DNA of 64,000 nucleotides from Octopus bimaculoides (lineage: Eukaryota): contig NC_068998.1 in NCBI RefSeq assembly GCF_001194135.2, positions 3,732,662 through 3,796,661 on the forward strand. The letters run 5' to 3'. The stretch's first letter is position 1; every line of letters begins with the position of its first letter. Under the pieces are notes generated by a model. That model worked only from the letters and a program-made list of their open reading frames with translations, ran no database searches and was not told the DNA's origin. The position numbers were made by a program, and so were the translations under genes. This document shows positions 12,955 through 23,449 of this stretch, piece after piece.

Positions 12955-13140
12955 TGGCAGCAAGCTGGCTGAGTTGTTAGAACGCCGGACGAAATGCTTA
13001 CCGACATTACATCCGCCGAAGTTGACTTTACCTTTCATCCTTTCGGGGTCGATAAAGTAAGTACCTGTTTCACACTGGATGCCGATGAAATCGACTTAGC
13101 CCCTCCCTCGAAATTGCTGGCCTTGTGTCAAAATTTGAAA
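12955..13140 (+). mobile_element. SINE family B
   Basis: GGCAGCAAGCTGGCTGAGTTGTTAGAACGCCGGACGAAATGCTTA...GTTGACTTTACCTTTCATCCTTTCGGGGTCGATAAAGTAAGTACC. Confidence 0.85.
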
Positions 13141-13249
13141 ACGATATTTGACGGAGACTACTTTATTTTATCAAATCCAAGACAGATAAACATTTCAGGT
13201 CGACCTCAGGAGGGTTTGAACTCAGAACCATAAGGCATAAAACTTTAAT

Positions 13250-13390
13250 TCATTTCGTCTGAAATTTTGGTGGGAGTGGGTAGTCGATTACATCGACCTC
13301 AGTATGCAGCTGGTACTTATTTCATCGACCTTGGCGGAATTTGAACTCAGAACGTAAAGACGGACGAAACGCTCTATCGATTCTGCTAAT
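13250..13390 (-). mobile_element. SINE family B, internally deleted copy
   Basis: GTCGATTACATCGACCTCAGT...GGCGGAATTTGAACTCAGAACGTAAAGACGGACGAAA. Confidence 0.7.
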
Positions 13391-14204
13391 TCACCATTCT
13401 TTTTGTACCAGTAATATAATGTATAGTAAGGTAGTGAATGAAAAAAATCGGTGGAGTGAGAGAAAGAGAGAGAGAGAGAGATAGGGTGGGGGAGAAGGGG
13501 GCGGGGAGAGTGTGGAAGACAGATTTGAGGATGAAGAGTGAAAGAGTGAAAGAGAGGAATGATGAGAGAGAGGAATGATGGGGGAGAGAAAGACTGGGGG
13601 AGAGAAAGGCTGGGGGAGAGGTAAAGTCGGAGGAAAAGAGAGAGAGAGAGANNNNNNNNNNNNNNNNNNNNNNNNNNNNNNNNNNNNNNNNNNNNNNNNN
13701 NNNNNNNNNNNNNNNNNNNNNNNNNNNNNNNNNNNNNNNNNNNNNNNNNNNNNNNNNNNNNNNNNNNNNNNNNNNNNNNNNNNNNNNNNNNNNNNNNNNN
13801 NNNNNNNNNNNNNNNNNNNNTGCTAGAAATAGTAATCAAATATCCCTCAAATCACACTTAATGTTTCGTAAAAAATAAATTAGGAAGGACGCTCCTAATA
13901 AACAAAGTTTCCTTTGTTCGATCTAAAGGCCGACTCTCACCGCCGCTGCCGCTATGCGAATCACTAAAACTACTACCACCACGACGACGACCACCACCGC
14001 CACCATCACCATCACCATCATGGAGTGGCCGGTTGTGATAAGACGCCACTTTCTTTCATCAAAAATTATTGCCTCGTCAAGAAAGGTCATCCAAATTGAT
14101 AGACCCATGATAAGAAGCGCTACAGCTATGACCGTCCTATTGACGATTTTAGATGAAGTATATATAGTTTTACATTATCTTCATACTTTTAAATGTTTTA
14201 CGAC

Positions 14205-15025
14205 AGTAAAGTGTGATTTGTGGTAGATTTGGCTGCTATTCTTACCAGGCCATAATCAATCCTGTAACGGTTCATCAGTTTGGAAAACATACCCTTGATC
14301 TTGCAGATTACTGGTCAAAGGCAATCCGGCCGTGACCATGCCATTTGTTAGTTTATATATTTATTTCATGCATTAAGGCGGCGAATCGTCCGTCTTTACG
14401 TTTTAAGTTGAAATTCCGCCGAAGTAACTGCCTTTCAAACTTTCTGGGTCGATAAAATAAATATTGTTGGAATACTGAGATCGATGTAATCGAATTTACC
14501 CCTTCTCTAAAATTTCAGGCCTTGCGTTTAGAATAGAAAGTTTACATTTAATGTCAGGTGTGAATCGAAGGAGATTAGCTTGACTTTTCAAGCAAGTCAT
14601 GTGACCCTCTAAGGGATCTCACGCTTGACAGAAATGATATCGTTCAGTCCCAGGTCATCCTTGATTTTGTAGATTATTCGTCAAATGCACTCCGGCCGCG
14701 ACCCTACCATCTATCATTTCACAGATGATATGTTTAAATTATCTAATAAATAGTATGCTTTGGGGGGAGATTTGGCCGTTTTTTCTAGCAAACCGTGCGA
14801 CCCTCTTAGAGTTCTCTCGTTGGTTCGAGCAGAGATGATATCGTTTAGCCCTCGGTCATCCTTAATCCAGCAGCTTATAATCAAAGGCGCTTTGGCCATG
14901 ATCATACCATCTCTGTTTTCATAGTTTGTCTAGGTTTACATTATTTAATGTCTTTCCTTTTAATTTTTTGCCACAGAAGAGTTATTTGAGTGAGATTTGG
15001 CTGCCATTTCTACCATAAAGACCCT
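14205..15025 (+). repeat. Cluster of unclassified repeat family D (3-4 partial copies)
   Basis: Recurrent blocks AGATTTGGCTGCTATTTCTA.CAG and GATATCGTTYAGYCCYNGGTCATCCTT...TCAAAGGC...GGCCRTGACCAT. Confidence 0.55.
14375..14545 (+). mobile_element. SINE family B with partial head deletion
   Basis: AAGGCGGCGAATCGTCCGTCTTTACG...AAATTCCGCCGAAG...GGGTCGATAAA...AAATTTCAGGCCTTGCGTTTAGAATAGAAAG. Confidence 0.7.
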
Positions 15026-15296
15026 CTCATCTACTCTACTTCATTTCCCGCTACACCAGTATAAATAACAAACAGCACAGCTGATATTTATGTTGGTGTA
15101 GCGTGAGAGGAAGTAGAGACTGACAACCCAGATTAGACCTTCCATTTGATTGATTTTTATTGGCCAATCAGTTTACTACAGAGTAAAACGAAGACGTCGA
15201 GCAGACTGGTGATGTTAAGTGTCGGCTGCAATTAGTTCACGGAAAAGTTTATAGGGAGAATTGAATCAGTCCAGGTGTCGTGGGTTGGGTGGAGAA

Positions 15297-15330
15297 TCTA
15301 ACGTTTTGGGCTGATGCCCTTTGTCAAAGA
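15297..15330 (-). ncRNA. Decayed minimal type I hammerhead ribozyme motif (Penelope-like type)
   Basis: Minus strand TCT-TTGACAA-A-GGGC-ATCA-GCCC-AAAA-CGT-T-AGA. Stems I and II and the palindromic ACGT are intact; three core substitutions. Confidence 0.45.
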
Positions 15331-15714
15331 GTTAAGAAAGGACAGTAATTGATGGGTATCGTAAATGATTGGAATAGAGTGAAGAAACAGTGTGTAAGGG
15401 AAGCAATATAGGAAAATGATCCAGATATTGATCATAATTTGTCAAAACCAATCATAACACACCAATTCCTATTGGTCAACTGAAACGCACACACACACAC
15501 ACACACACCCACACACNNNNNNNNNNNNNNNNNNNNNNNNNNNNNNNNNNNNNNNNNNNNNNNNNNNNNNNNNNNNNNNNNNNNNNNNNNNNNNNNNNNN
15601 NNNNNNNNNNNNNNNNNNNNNNNNNNNNNNNNNNNNNNNNNNNNNNNNNNNNNNNNNNNNNNNNNNNNNNNNNNNNNNNNNNNNNNNNNNNNNNNAAAAA
15701 AAAAAAAAAAAAAA

Positions 15715-16255
15715 AAATGAAAGGACACATTTGATAATGTAGTCCTAGATGCACTTTTTTCTGAAATATAGATGAGACAGTCACGGTAGGAACATCGTTG
15801 ATCATAAATCTACTGAACCTTTAAAACAATCTGTCCGTTGTATAAAAAGAGAACGGCACATTGTGTAATGTAATACATTGTGTAAGTACACACTTCCTGG
15901 AATAAAGATGGGATGGTCACAGTTGGAACGTGTTTGATCATAAATCTGCTGGATCTTTAAAACTATCTGTCCATTGTATATATATATATAAAAAATTGGA
16001 AAGATACAGTGGTTAATGTAGTCCTAGATACAGTCCTCCAAAATAAAGTTGGGATAGTCACGTATGGAATACTGTTCATCATAAGTCTACTGGGACTCTT
16101 GGAAATTTTAAACGGTCTTTCTACCGGTAATTATATATTAAAAAAATGGAAAATAAGGGCACATGTTTTACAAAAAGACAGGATGGTCATGGTAAGACTT
16201 CCTTTGATCCCAGGTCTTCTCAATAAGATCTGACCTGGGGCTAAACCACAAGAAC
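15715..16255 (-). repeat. Tandem array of about 4 diverged family D half-units
   Basis: Repeating GATGGTCAC...GGAA...TGATCATAAATCT.CTG and GTAGTCCTAGAT blocks; reverse complement of the 14.6-14.9 kb motif. Confidence 0.55.
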
Positions 16256-16764
16256 ATCGTTAACAACAATAATAAAAGCATTTACTAATTTCTTTTTCTG
16301 AGAAAATTGGCTTTGAAGTCAACATGAGTGAGATTGTATCAAATAGTATTTATTGATTTTTTTTCCCTTTTGGTGGAGGGGAGGAGGAGGTGCAGTTTAA
16401 AAAATGCAAAAAAAAAAAAAGAAAAAAAAATGGCCGATAGTGTGAAGAACGACAGATGTCGCCATATCGTCCCTTTCTGTGTAACGACATGGTTTTGCAG
16501 AATATTCTCAATTTTAACAAGAAGATCGATATTTTTCTTTCGAATAAATATGAAGATTCCGCCAAAACAAGCATCACCATCATTATCATCATCAACAACA
16601 TTAATATCAATAACAGGGATTTAGTTAAATTCAATAGGAAACTATATCCATATCCGTTTTCTCTCCAAGACAATACAATAAATTCCTGATTTTGCTCCAA
16701 ATAGAAATATCCGACCAATTCGCAGTTTCTCACGTAAATTAAATCTAACTGACAAACAGTCCTT

Positions 16765-16910
16765 CTCATATCAAACCGGTCTTTGCACATCAAACCGGTT
16801 TTTTCTTTGCATGTCAAACCGATTCCGTCTTTGCATATCAAACCGGTTCCATCTTCATACATCAAACCAATTTCGTCCTTACATATCAAACCGATTCCGT
16901 CTTTATATAT
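16765..16910. repeat. 24-bp minisatellite (about 6 units, ATCAAACCGATTCCGTCTTTGCAT)
   Basis: TCAAACC recurs every ~24 bp. Confidence 0.85.
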
Positions 16911-17299
16911 CTTGTGCAGAAGCCAACCTTAAATGCCAAGCGGTCAAAGTAACTTCGGCCAGACGACAGATATTCTTTTGTACTTTGTTCAATCCCATAA
17001 GTTGTCATTTTATTGAAAAGCTCTATAACTAGGGCAATTCTTTTTCAAACACCATCCTATCGCTTTTAAAAAATGAACATGGTCACGACACTCAAACCAT
17101 GACTTTCCCGTTCGATATTATTCTTTAAGATGTTTTGCTTATATTATTCACAAATGTTCATTTTTTAAGACAATGAATGTTGTCTGAAAGAGAATTATTT
17201 TTTAAGACAATGAATGTTGTCTGAGAGAGAATTATTTCTAACCGATCGAGATACTACGAAGAGAATCCTTTTTGGTGGGTAGTGGAATTTGTTTGAGCT

Positions 17300-17620
17300 T
17301 GTTTTGATTTACATTATCTACATTTGACGGACATTTGTCTTCATCTCCAGGCCCTCTTTTCTTATCACATGATCAAAAAATCTTATCACATGATCAAAAG
17401 ATCTCAGTTGCTCGGCCCTTATCTCATAAAGCAGTTTCCTATTTATCACATCCCGGGTCATCACTTCTTCATCAATGGTTTCCTCAATATTCTCCTTAAG
17501 ACACAGTTCTCTAAGAACTTTCTCATTTCTGATGTTAAAGACTGTGCATCACTTCCGTACATTAACGCAGTAGAACCATTACTATTTGAGTAAAACGTCA
17601 GGCGAAACAAAGTCCTTGTC
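17300..17620 (-). mobile_element. RTE-clade LINE ORF2 C-terminal fragment, degenerate
   Basis: Minus frames give ALMYGSDAQSLTSEMRKFLENCVLRRILR and EEVMTRDVINRKLLYEIRAEQLRSFDHVIRKEGLE. These resemble the RTE-type post-RT region (LLYGxExWTL...RRMLRI...NEEVL...QLxFFGHVMRKEGLE, recalled). Confidence 0.7.
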
Positions 17621-17664
17621 ATATAGAAGTTTACAATAAACGCACGCGCGCACACACTTATGTG

Positions 17665-17704
<40 letters not shown>

Positions 17705-17734
17705 GATAGAGAGCAAGCGAGTGGTATAACTAAT

Positions 17735-17868
17735 TATTGCCAGCTGAGTGAAACTAGAGCAACATGAAATAAAGTGTCTTGCTCAAGGACACAACGCGCT
17801 GTCAGGAATTGAACTCACGACTTTACGATCGTGAGCCGAACGCCCTCTCCACTAAGCCACACGCCTTC
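17735..17868 (-). mobile_element. SINE family C head and core
   Basis: Reverse complement GGCGTGTGGCTTAGTGGAGAGGGCGTTCGGCTCACGATCGTAAAGTCGTGAGTTCAATTCC...GTCCTTGAGCAAGACACTT...CACTCAGCTGGC. Confidence 0.75.
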
Positions 17869-18186
17869 ACACTTAAGTGGCCGAGTACTCCACGGACGTG
17901 TGCCCTTAACTTAATACTCAGAGAGAATCGGCGAGAGAACGCTGTGCCTTTGGAATTCCAGGTATAATCCATTGAACAGGCTCAATTTCAGTCACAAAGT
18001 AATGATCGACCGGAGGTTACAAAGACAAATCAGAAAATGACATTTGCCCAAGGCGTAACGCAGTGGGACCGAACCCAGGATCTCGTGGATGCAAAACAAA
18101 CTTTTTAACAATTCAGCCTTTCTGCACTTACTACCACTAGTGTGTGCGTGTGTATCCTTGACAGAGACATTTTAATGTTGACAGCC

Positions 18187-18203
18187 ACACCATCTAGCGG
18201 CAA
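18187..18203 (-). promoter_or_regulatory. CTCF-like core motif
   Basis: Minus strand TTGCCGCTAGATGGTGT is close to the CCRCYAGRKGGCR consensus and lies in non-repeat sequence. Confidence 0.35.
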
Positions 18204-20089
18204 ATTGATGGCTTTAGTGCAAGGACACAGCTGTAGGCAATGATAATACACTCTCATTGACTAATATTTCATTCCATATATTAGCGAGTAATCAAGGCCC
18301 TAACTCATAGCATATCATTCCTCTCACAAAAGGACCAGTATCAATTTCATTGTGACATGATACTATAGTGAGATAGTACAATGACCCGTTCTATAGTGCT
18401 ATCGTTCTATCAAGAACTAATTTATAATGACAACGTTCTATGGTGAAAGTTTTTTATGAGAATCACAGCACAAACTATTTTTACATTCATAGTGCCTGCA
18501 GAAAAAACATTTAAAAAATTACAAATTCAAAAATGCAAGCATAAAAAAAATCAAAGAATGACGAATAAAATCAACGTAAAATTTGATAAGTTGTGTGTGT
18601 ATGTGTATAAGCGCGCGCGTGTGTTTGTGAGTGTATTTGAGTAATGTGTGAATGCGTGTTCTTTGGTATTGGGGAAGTGTGTGTGGAGTTGGTATTGGGG
18701 GAAAGAATGGAGGGAATTTATCTGCTGTTGGATCAATAATTTTAGTTTTTACTATATTTTACTATTCTTTACACAAATATTGCCTCTCTCTGTCTCTCTC
18801 TCTTTGCCTCTCTCTGTCGCTTCCTCTTCTTTCATTGTGTCTCATATCTCTCTCCAAGCCTGCATTACTCGATGGCAATGGGGCAGATAATAGGCATATA
18901 AAAACTACTCGTCATCACGAACCAATGAGAAATACTCTTCGCGGTAGAGGTAGTTCGACCAAATACAAATAACAGCTAAATCACCCTTAGATCACATCTT
19001 ACAGCAAAGACTTAAATATACTATTCACGCAAAAAAGAAAAAGAAAAGCAGAGAGGATATTCGCCATCCAAACTCGAAAACCTTTGAACATAAGTGTGGT
19101 CAACAAGGGCCTGGACCTAACTAACTAAAACCTTTACATCCAACTAATTTGATCATACATCTGGTCAAATAACTCATGTATTTACCCCAATATATAAATA
19201 ACTTTATCATATATCTGGTAAAATATATGAAACCATTCCATTTTAGTCAGAAATATAAGGAATCAACGTCAAGTTAACTCTTCCCATCTCCAGAATACTG
19301 TTTAGTTTTTTTTTTCTTAAATATTTACATTTATATAGTTTATTTGCTTTATTGAAATTTTTTCTTTTAGAAAAAAAAAATTCAAGGCTCGCTTCAAACA
19401 TTTTTTTTTTTTTGTAATACTGAGCAATTTTTAATTTTTAGTCGCCGATATTTTTTTTTTACTCCTTCCTCCTTTTCTTCTTCTAGTCTCCTTTATGCAT
19501 CGTTTTTATCTCTTTTAATAAACGTGCATGATCTCATCATCAGACTTCTAGTCCCTAATACGATGGCACTATAGCCAAACTAACATTGATGTTTGTAATT
19601 AATCAAATCCCGTTTCGGTTAACTCTCTCTCTCTCTCTCTCTCTCAGTATTTCCCTATCTCTCTTTGTCTTTCACACACACATACTCACTAAAAATCTTC
19701 GCTATTCTCTTGATCTAAAAGAGATTAATGGTCCATAAGGCATGCCGACAAAAGACTGCTCCACAAATACGCTTTGATAAAGTTTAGAATCTCTAGAGAG
19801 TCTTAACACACCAATAACAACTGGCTCGACACACTAGTACAGCAGGCAAAGCAACAACAACAACATCAACAACAACAACGAAAATATTTCGAAAAGTGTG
19901 AAGCAAAGAGATAATTTAACAAATTATTCTATGAAAATTCGAAAAAATTTTAGACTCGGATTTAAAATTTTTTAACCCCCTACCACAACTCTACTAAAAT
20001 TTAAATATTGTAATTTTCGGATTAAAATTTAACTATTTCCTCAATAAACTTGGAACTATATTGAATTTTCCATTTTTTTTTTTACAAAT

Positions 20090-20240
20090 TTAGAATTTTT
20101 GCACCAACAATTTATATTTTTGCACCAAGATTTTATAATTTTGCACCAACAATTTATAATTTTGCACCAACAATTTATAATTTTGTACCAACAATTTATA
20201 ATTTTGTACCAACAATTTATAATTTTGCACCAACAATATA
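20090..20240. repeat. 21-bp minisatellite (about 7 units, AATTTTGCACCAACAATTTAT)
   Basis: Directly visible tandem units; source of the ILHQQFI ORF. Confidence 0.9.
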
Positions 20241-20960
20241 TATTTTTCCCCAGTATTTTAATTTTTGTACAAATATCTAAATTTGTGCCCTAACATTTTA
20301 TTTTTTGCCCAAAATTGCATCGAATTTTTAATAATTTTTCTATAAATTTACTAATTTCGTAAAAGTCCTTAATCCCAAATTAGTGATCAGACATTAATCT
20401 AGAAAATGTTACGGATAGATAAAATAAAATAATATTGGAAAATAAGAAAAAAAATTTACATAAGTATAGTTTCTTCGTTTAGGTTTCAAGTTCAAATCGG
20501 TTGATCGTTGTCTCTGCTTATAAATACTTCTGGGTCGATAAAAGAAATCATTTCGGGTAAAATAAAGGGTAGAATAAGTGCCAGGCTTTAAAAAACCCCT
20601 CAAGGTAGTGCTCCAGCATGGTCGCAGACCAATGACTGGAACAAACGATAAAAGATAATCGTAATCTGCACCCTTCAGGGTTTCATTAAAAGATATACAT
20701 TTTTTGTTAAGTTATGAGGAAACAAATGCAAGAGCACCAGTCTGCAGCTGTGATCGATACAGTGATTCATATATCAATACTCATCAATAATTTATGTTGC
20801 GATAATTTAACACTGGATTAGCTCCTCTGCCTTAAGATGGGATGGTTAAGGTTAGAACGTCTATGATCGTGGTTTTTCTCTATCAAGCAAGATTCGTTGA
20901 TAGTGCTGTTGGTGTTCTTTAGTCGTAAGTGACGAAATTAGCCTTGATTAGCTGACAAAC

Positions 20961-21459
20961 CAGTGTTTCTCAAGCATTTTTGAAACCTGTGGCCTCTTCT
21001 GATTTCTATTTTACCTTCGGTTGGACCCTCCTAGACATTCGATGTTTAAAACAAAATCCTTTTATAGAAATTATACATTTCTAAATCTCTCAGAGATTTA
21101 TACAGTAGTAACACTATAAAGTGGTGGTATGTTGTCAACTTAATGTGACAGTCCCATGAAAGGGAATAATACTATTGCTATTTAGCCCTAGGAAGCACCG
21201 CTTCCTGTCGGCCTTGACACATTTCCTGTGTCCTTATGTTTACAAAGGGGGAGACAAGCACCTCTACCCAGCAAAACCAGCATCCAAAATATAAAATTTT
21301 AAAATTTTATAATTAAATATTATTAGGTATTTTATAAAAGAATTGTTAAAATATTTTGTGTCTTGTAGAGCTATAACCAATTTATTTAATATAAATTTTA
21401 ACGGCAAAACCGTATGTGCCCCTCCCCAGGGTCATACACACCCAAGTTGAAAACCACTG
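20961..21459. mobile_element. hAT (Charlie-like) non-autonomous MITE
   Basis: TIRs CAGTGTTTCTCAA / TTGAAAACCACTG; 8-bp flanks TGACAAAC / TGATAGAC (6/8 identical), consistent with a hAT TSD. Confidence 0.7.
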
Positions 21460-21550
21460 TGATAGACGGTCAGGGCGTTCCAGTCGTGATCGACCCGTCG
21501 TGTTCGTAGATGCACCAACACACATTTACATATATACAGCTACACACGCA

Positions 21551-21590
<40 letters not shown>

Positions 21591-22339
21591 AATATAATAC
21601 ATGCAATGCACACACTTGTCTGTGAGGAAATATATCTTTAAAGCTATTAGTATTAATTCCGAGAGAGGTTTCGTAGTCATTCCCTGCAAGTCCAACGACT
21701 ACCAAGAGACTCACGAAGGAGAACAAGATATCCGGGCGGATGGGGGTGGCGGGTGATGGTAGAGACCAACAACCAATCATTTGAGAGGCCAGCAATTCAT
21801 AACGTGTCGCTGCAAACTGCTTTGTTTAAACCAATCAATTCAGACATTTGACATCCAACGGTCGAGTCCATTTGACTTTAGATAAGTATTACAACACGGA
21901 ATAGTTCATTGCTGTATTGTGTGTGAATCAGCTGTAACAGCGTCATCTTAAAATATTATAAGTATCACCGCAGCTTGGAATGCTTGGTTCCGTGTTCAAG
22001 TTCTATGGTCTCTAGCCAGAGAACTCGTTTTGGTATTTTTGGACATACTTCCATACCTACCTACCACCAACATCCTTACCATCCCCATCACCACCCTGTT
22101 ATGTATTTAGGAGACAAATGAAGAATCATTACTCAGTGACTCAGTCAGATGTAATTAGTAGCCGCCATGTCTTCTACAAATTTACGCCATATCGTTGTTT
22201 ATCATTGTCATCATAATTATTAATTATTATTATCATTATTATTATTTATAAAGAGAATGGATATTTGAGGTTAATTTTTTTTATTATGGGAAATGTTTCA
22301 GTTTTTCCCCTTGGGTTTGGTTTCAGTCTTTAGTATACT

Positions 22340-22491
22340 GAAGAAAGAGAGAGAAAGAGAGCATGTGTGAGAAAGGGAGTTCATGCGTGTGTGTGTGAGG
22401 GAGAGAGAGAAATAGAGAGAGAGAAGAAGAAGAAGTGTGTGTGTATATATGAGAGAGAGAATGTGCAAGAGAGAGAGTGTGTGTGTACACA

Positions 22492-22523
<32 letters not shown>

Positions 22524-22612
22524 TCTGCGTGCATAAGAGAGAAAGAGAGCTAAATAGAAAGAAAAAGAGAGAGAACGTGTGTGAGAGAGAATGTGCAAGA
22601 GAGATAGGGTGT

Positions 22613-22649
<37 letters not shown>

Positions 22650-22820
22650 TGCGTGCATAAGAGAGAAAGAGAGCTAAATAGAAAGAAACAGAGAGAGAAT
22701 GTGTGTGAGAGAGAATGTGCAAGAGAGATAGGGTGTACAAGAGAGAGAGAGAGAGAGAGAGAGAGAACTAAAGAGAGAGGGACAGAGAGCTAAGGAGAGA
22801 GAGAGAGAATTTGCGAGAGA
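22340..22820. repeat. GA-rich compound tandem repeat with a ~105-bp higher-order unit
   Basis: GAATGTGCAAGAGAGATAGGGTGTACAAGAGAGAG...GTCTGCGTGCATAAGAGAGAAAAGAGAGCTAAATAGAAAG is repeated. Confidence 0.85.
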
Positions 22821-23234
22821 GCAAAAGATGCACGAGATATTTTTATAAAACTTTTCTTATATGTTTCTTCACTACACACACACAACTACGACCACCCCTA
22901 AGGAAGAAGAAATATAAAAATGATAAACTTAACTTTTCAGCCTTTCGGGATCAATAAAGACGAGGTATCCATCCTTGTGGTATATGTCCCGGCTCTTTAT
23001 ATTGCGAGTTGAAATCCCATCGTGGCCTTGGGTGATAAACTTAATCTATCGTTAGGCTTAAAACCCGGGTGACGGATTTCTTGGTTGCGATTCCTTCGTT
23101 CTTTTGTACCATTACCGTTCTTTTACCGTTTTGCATTATTCTGTCTCTTCTTCCCTCCACCCACTCTCTTTCTTTCACTCTCTATCTCTCTCTCTTTAAA
23201 TCTGTCTTTATTCAAATGTATTTTTTCTCTTCAG

Positions 23235-23289
23235 ATGACGGCGGTAATTTGCATTGAGAACAATGAAGCTGATTGGTGCAGAGGGACAG
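23235..23289 (+). other. Candidate 55-nt exon (open frame MTAVICIENNEADWCRGT)
   Basis: Acceptor TTTTTTCTCTTCAG and donor CAG|GTAAGT are both near consensus; no homology recognised. Confidence 0.3.
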
Positions 23290-23449
23290 GTAAGTTTCTC
23301 ACAAGCCATGCTGATGAGCCGGTTTCGATTCTCGGCAAATCAGTATGTGTGTGTATATAATATATATATAAAGCTTTGGTTAGATTATGTATAAGTGAAT
23401 ATATGCATGCATACATGTATATACACATTCCTCTTGCTTTCTCTCTCCT

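Noticed and set aside
21526-21795. ORF with GPCR TM1-like LLVVVGLAGN
   Set aside because: The residues after GN are polar, and there is no splice donor or further TM segments.
22947-22975. Apparent 24-nt microexon PFGINKDE
   Set aside because: The sequence is a degenerate SINE B core (CCTTTCGGGGTCGATAAA).
23303-23347. CTGATGA-GCCG...CGGC-AAATCAG hammerhead- or snoRNA-like hairpin
   Set aside because: Lacks G12 and a valid stem I/III; no proper C/D box arrangement.
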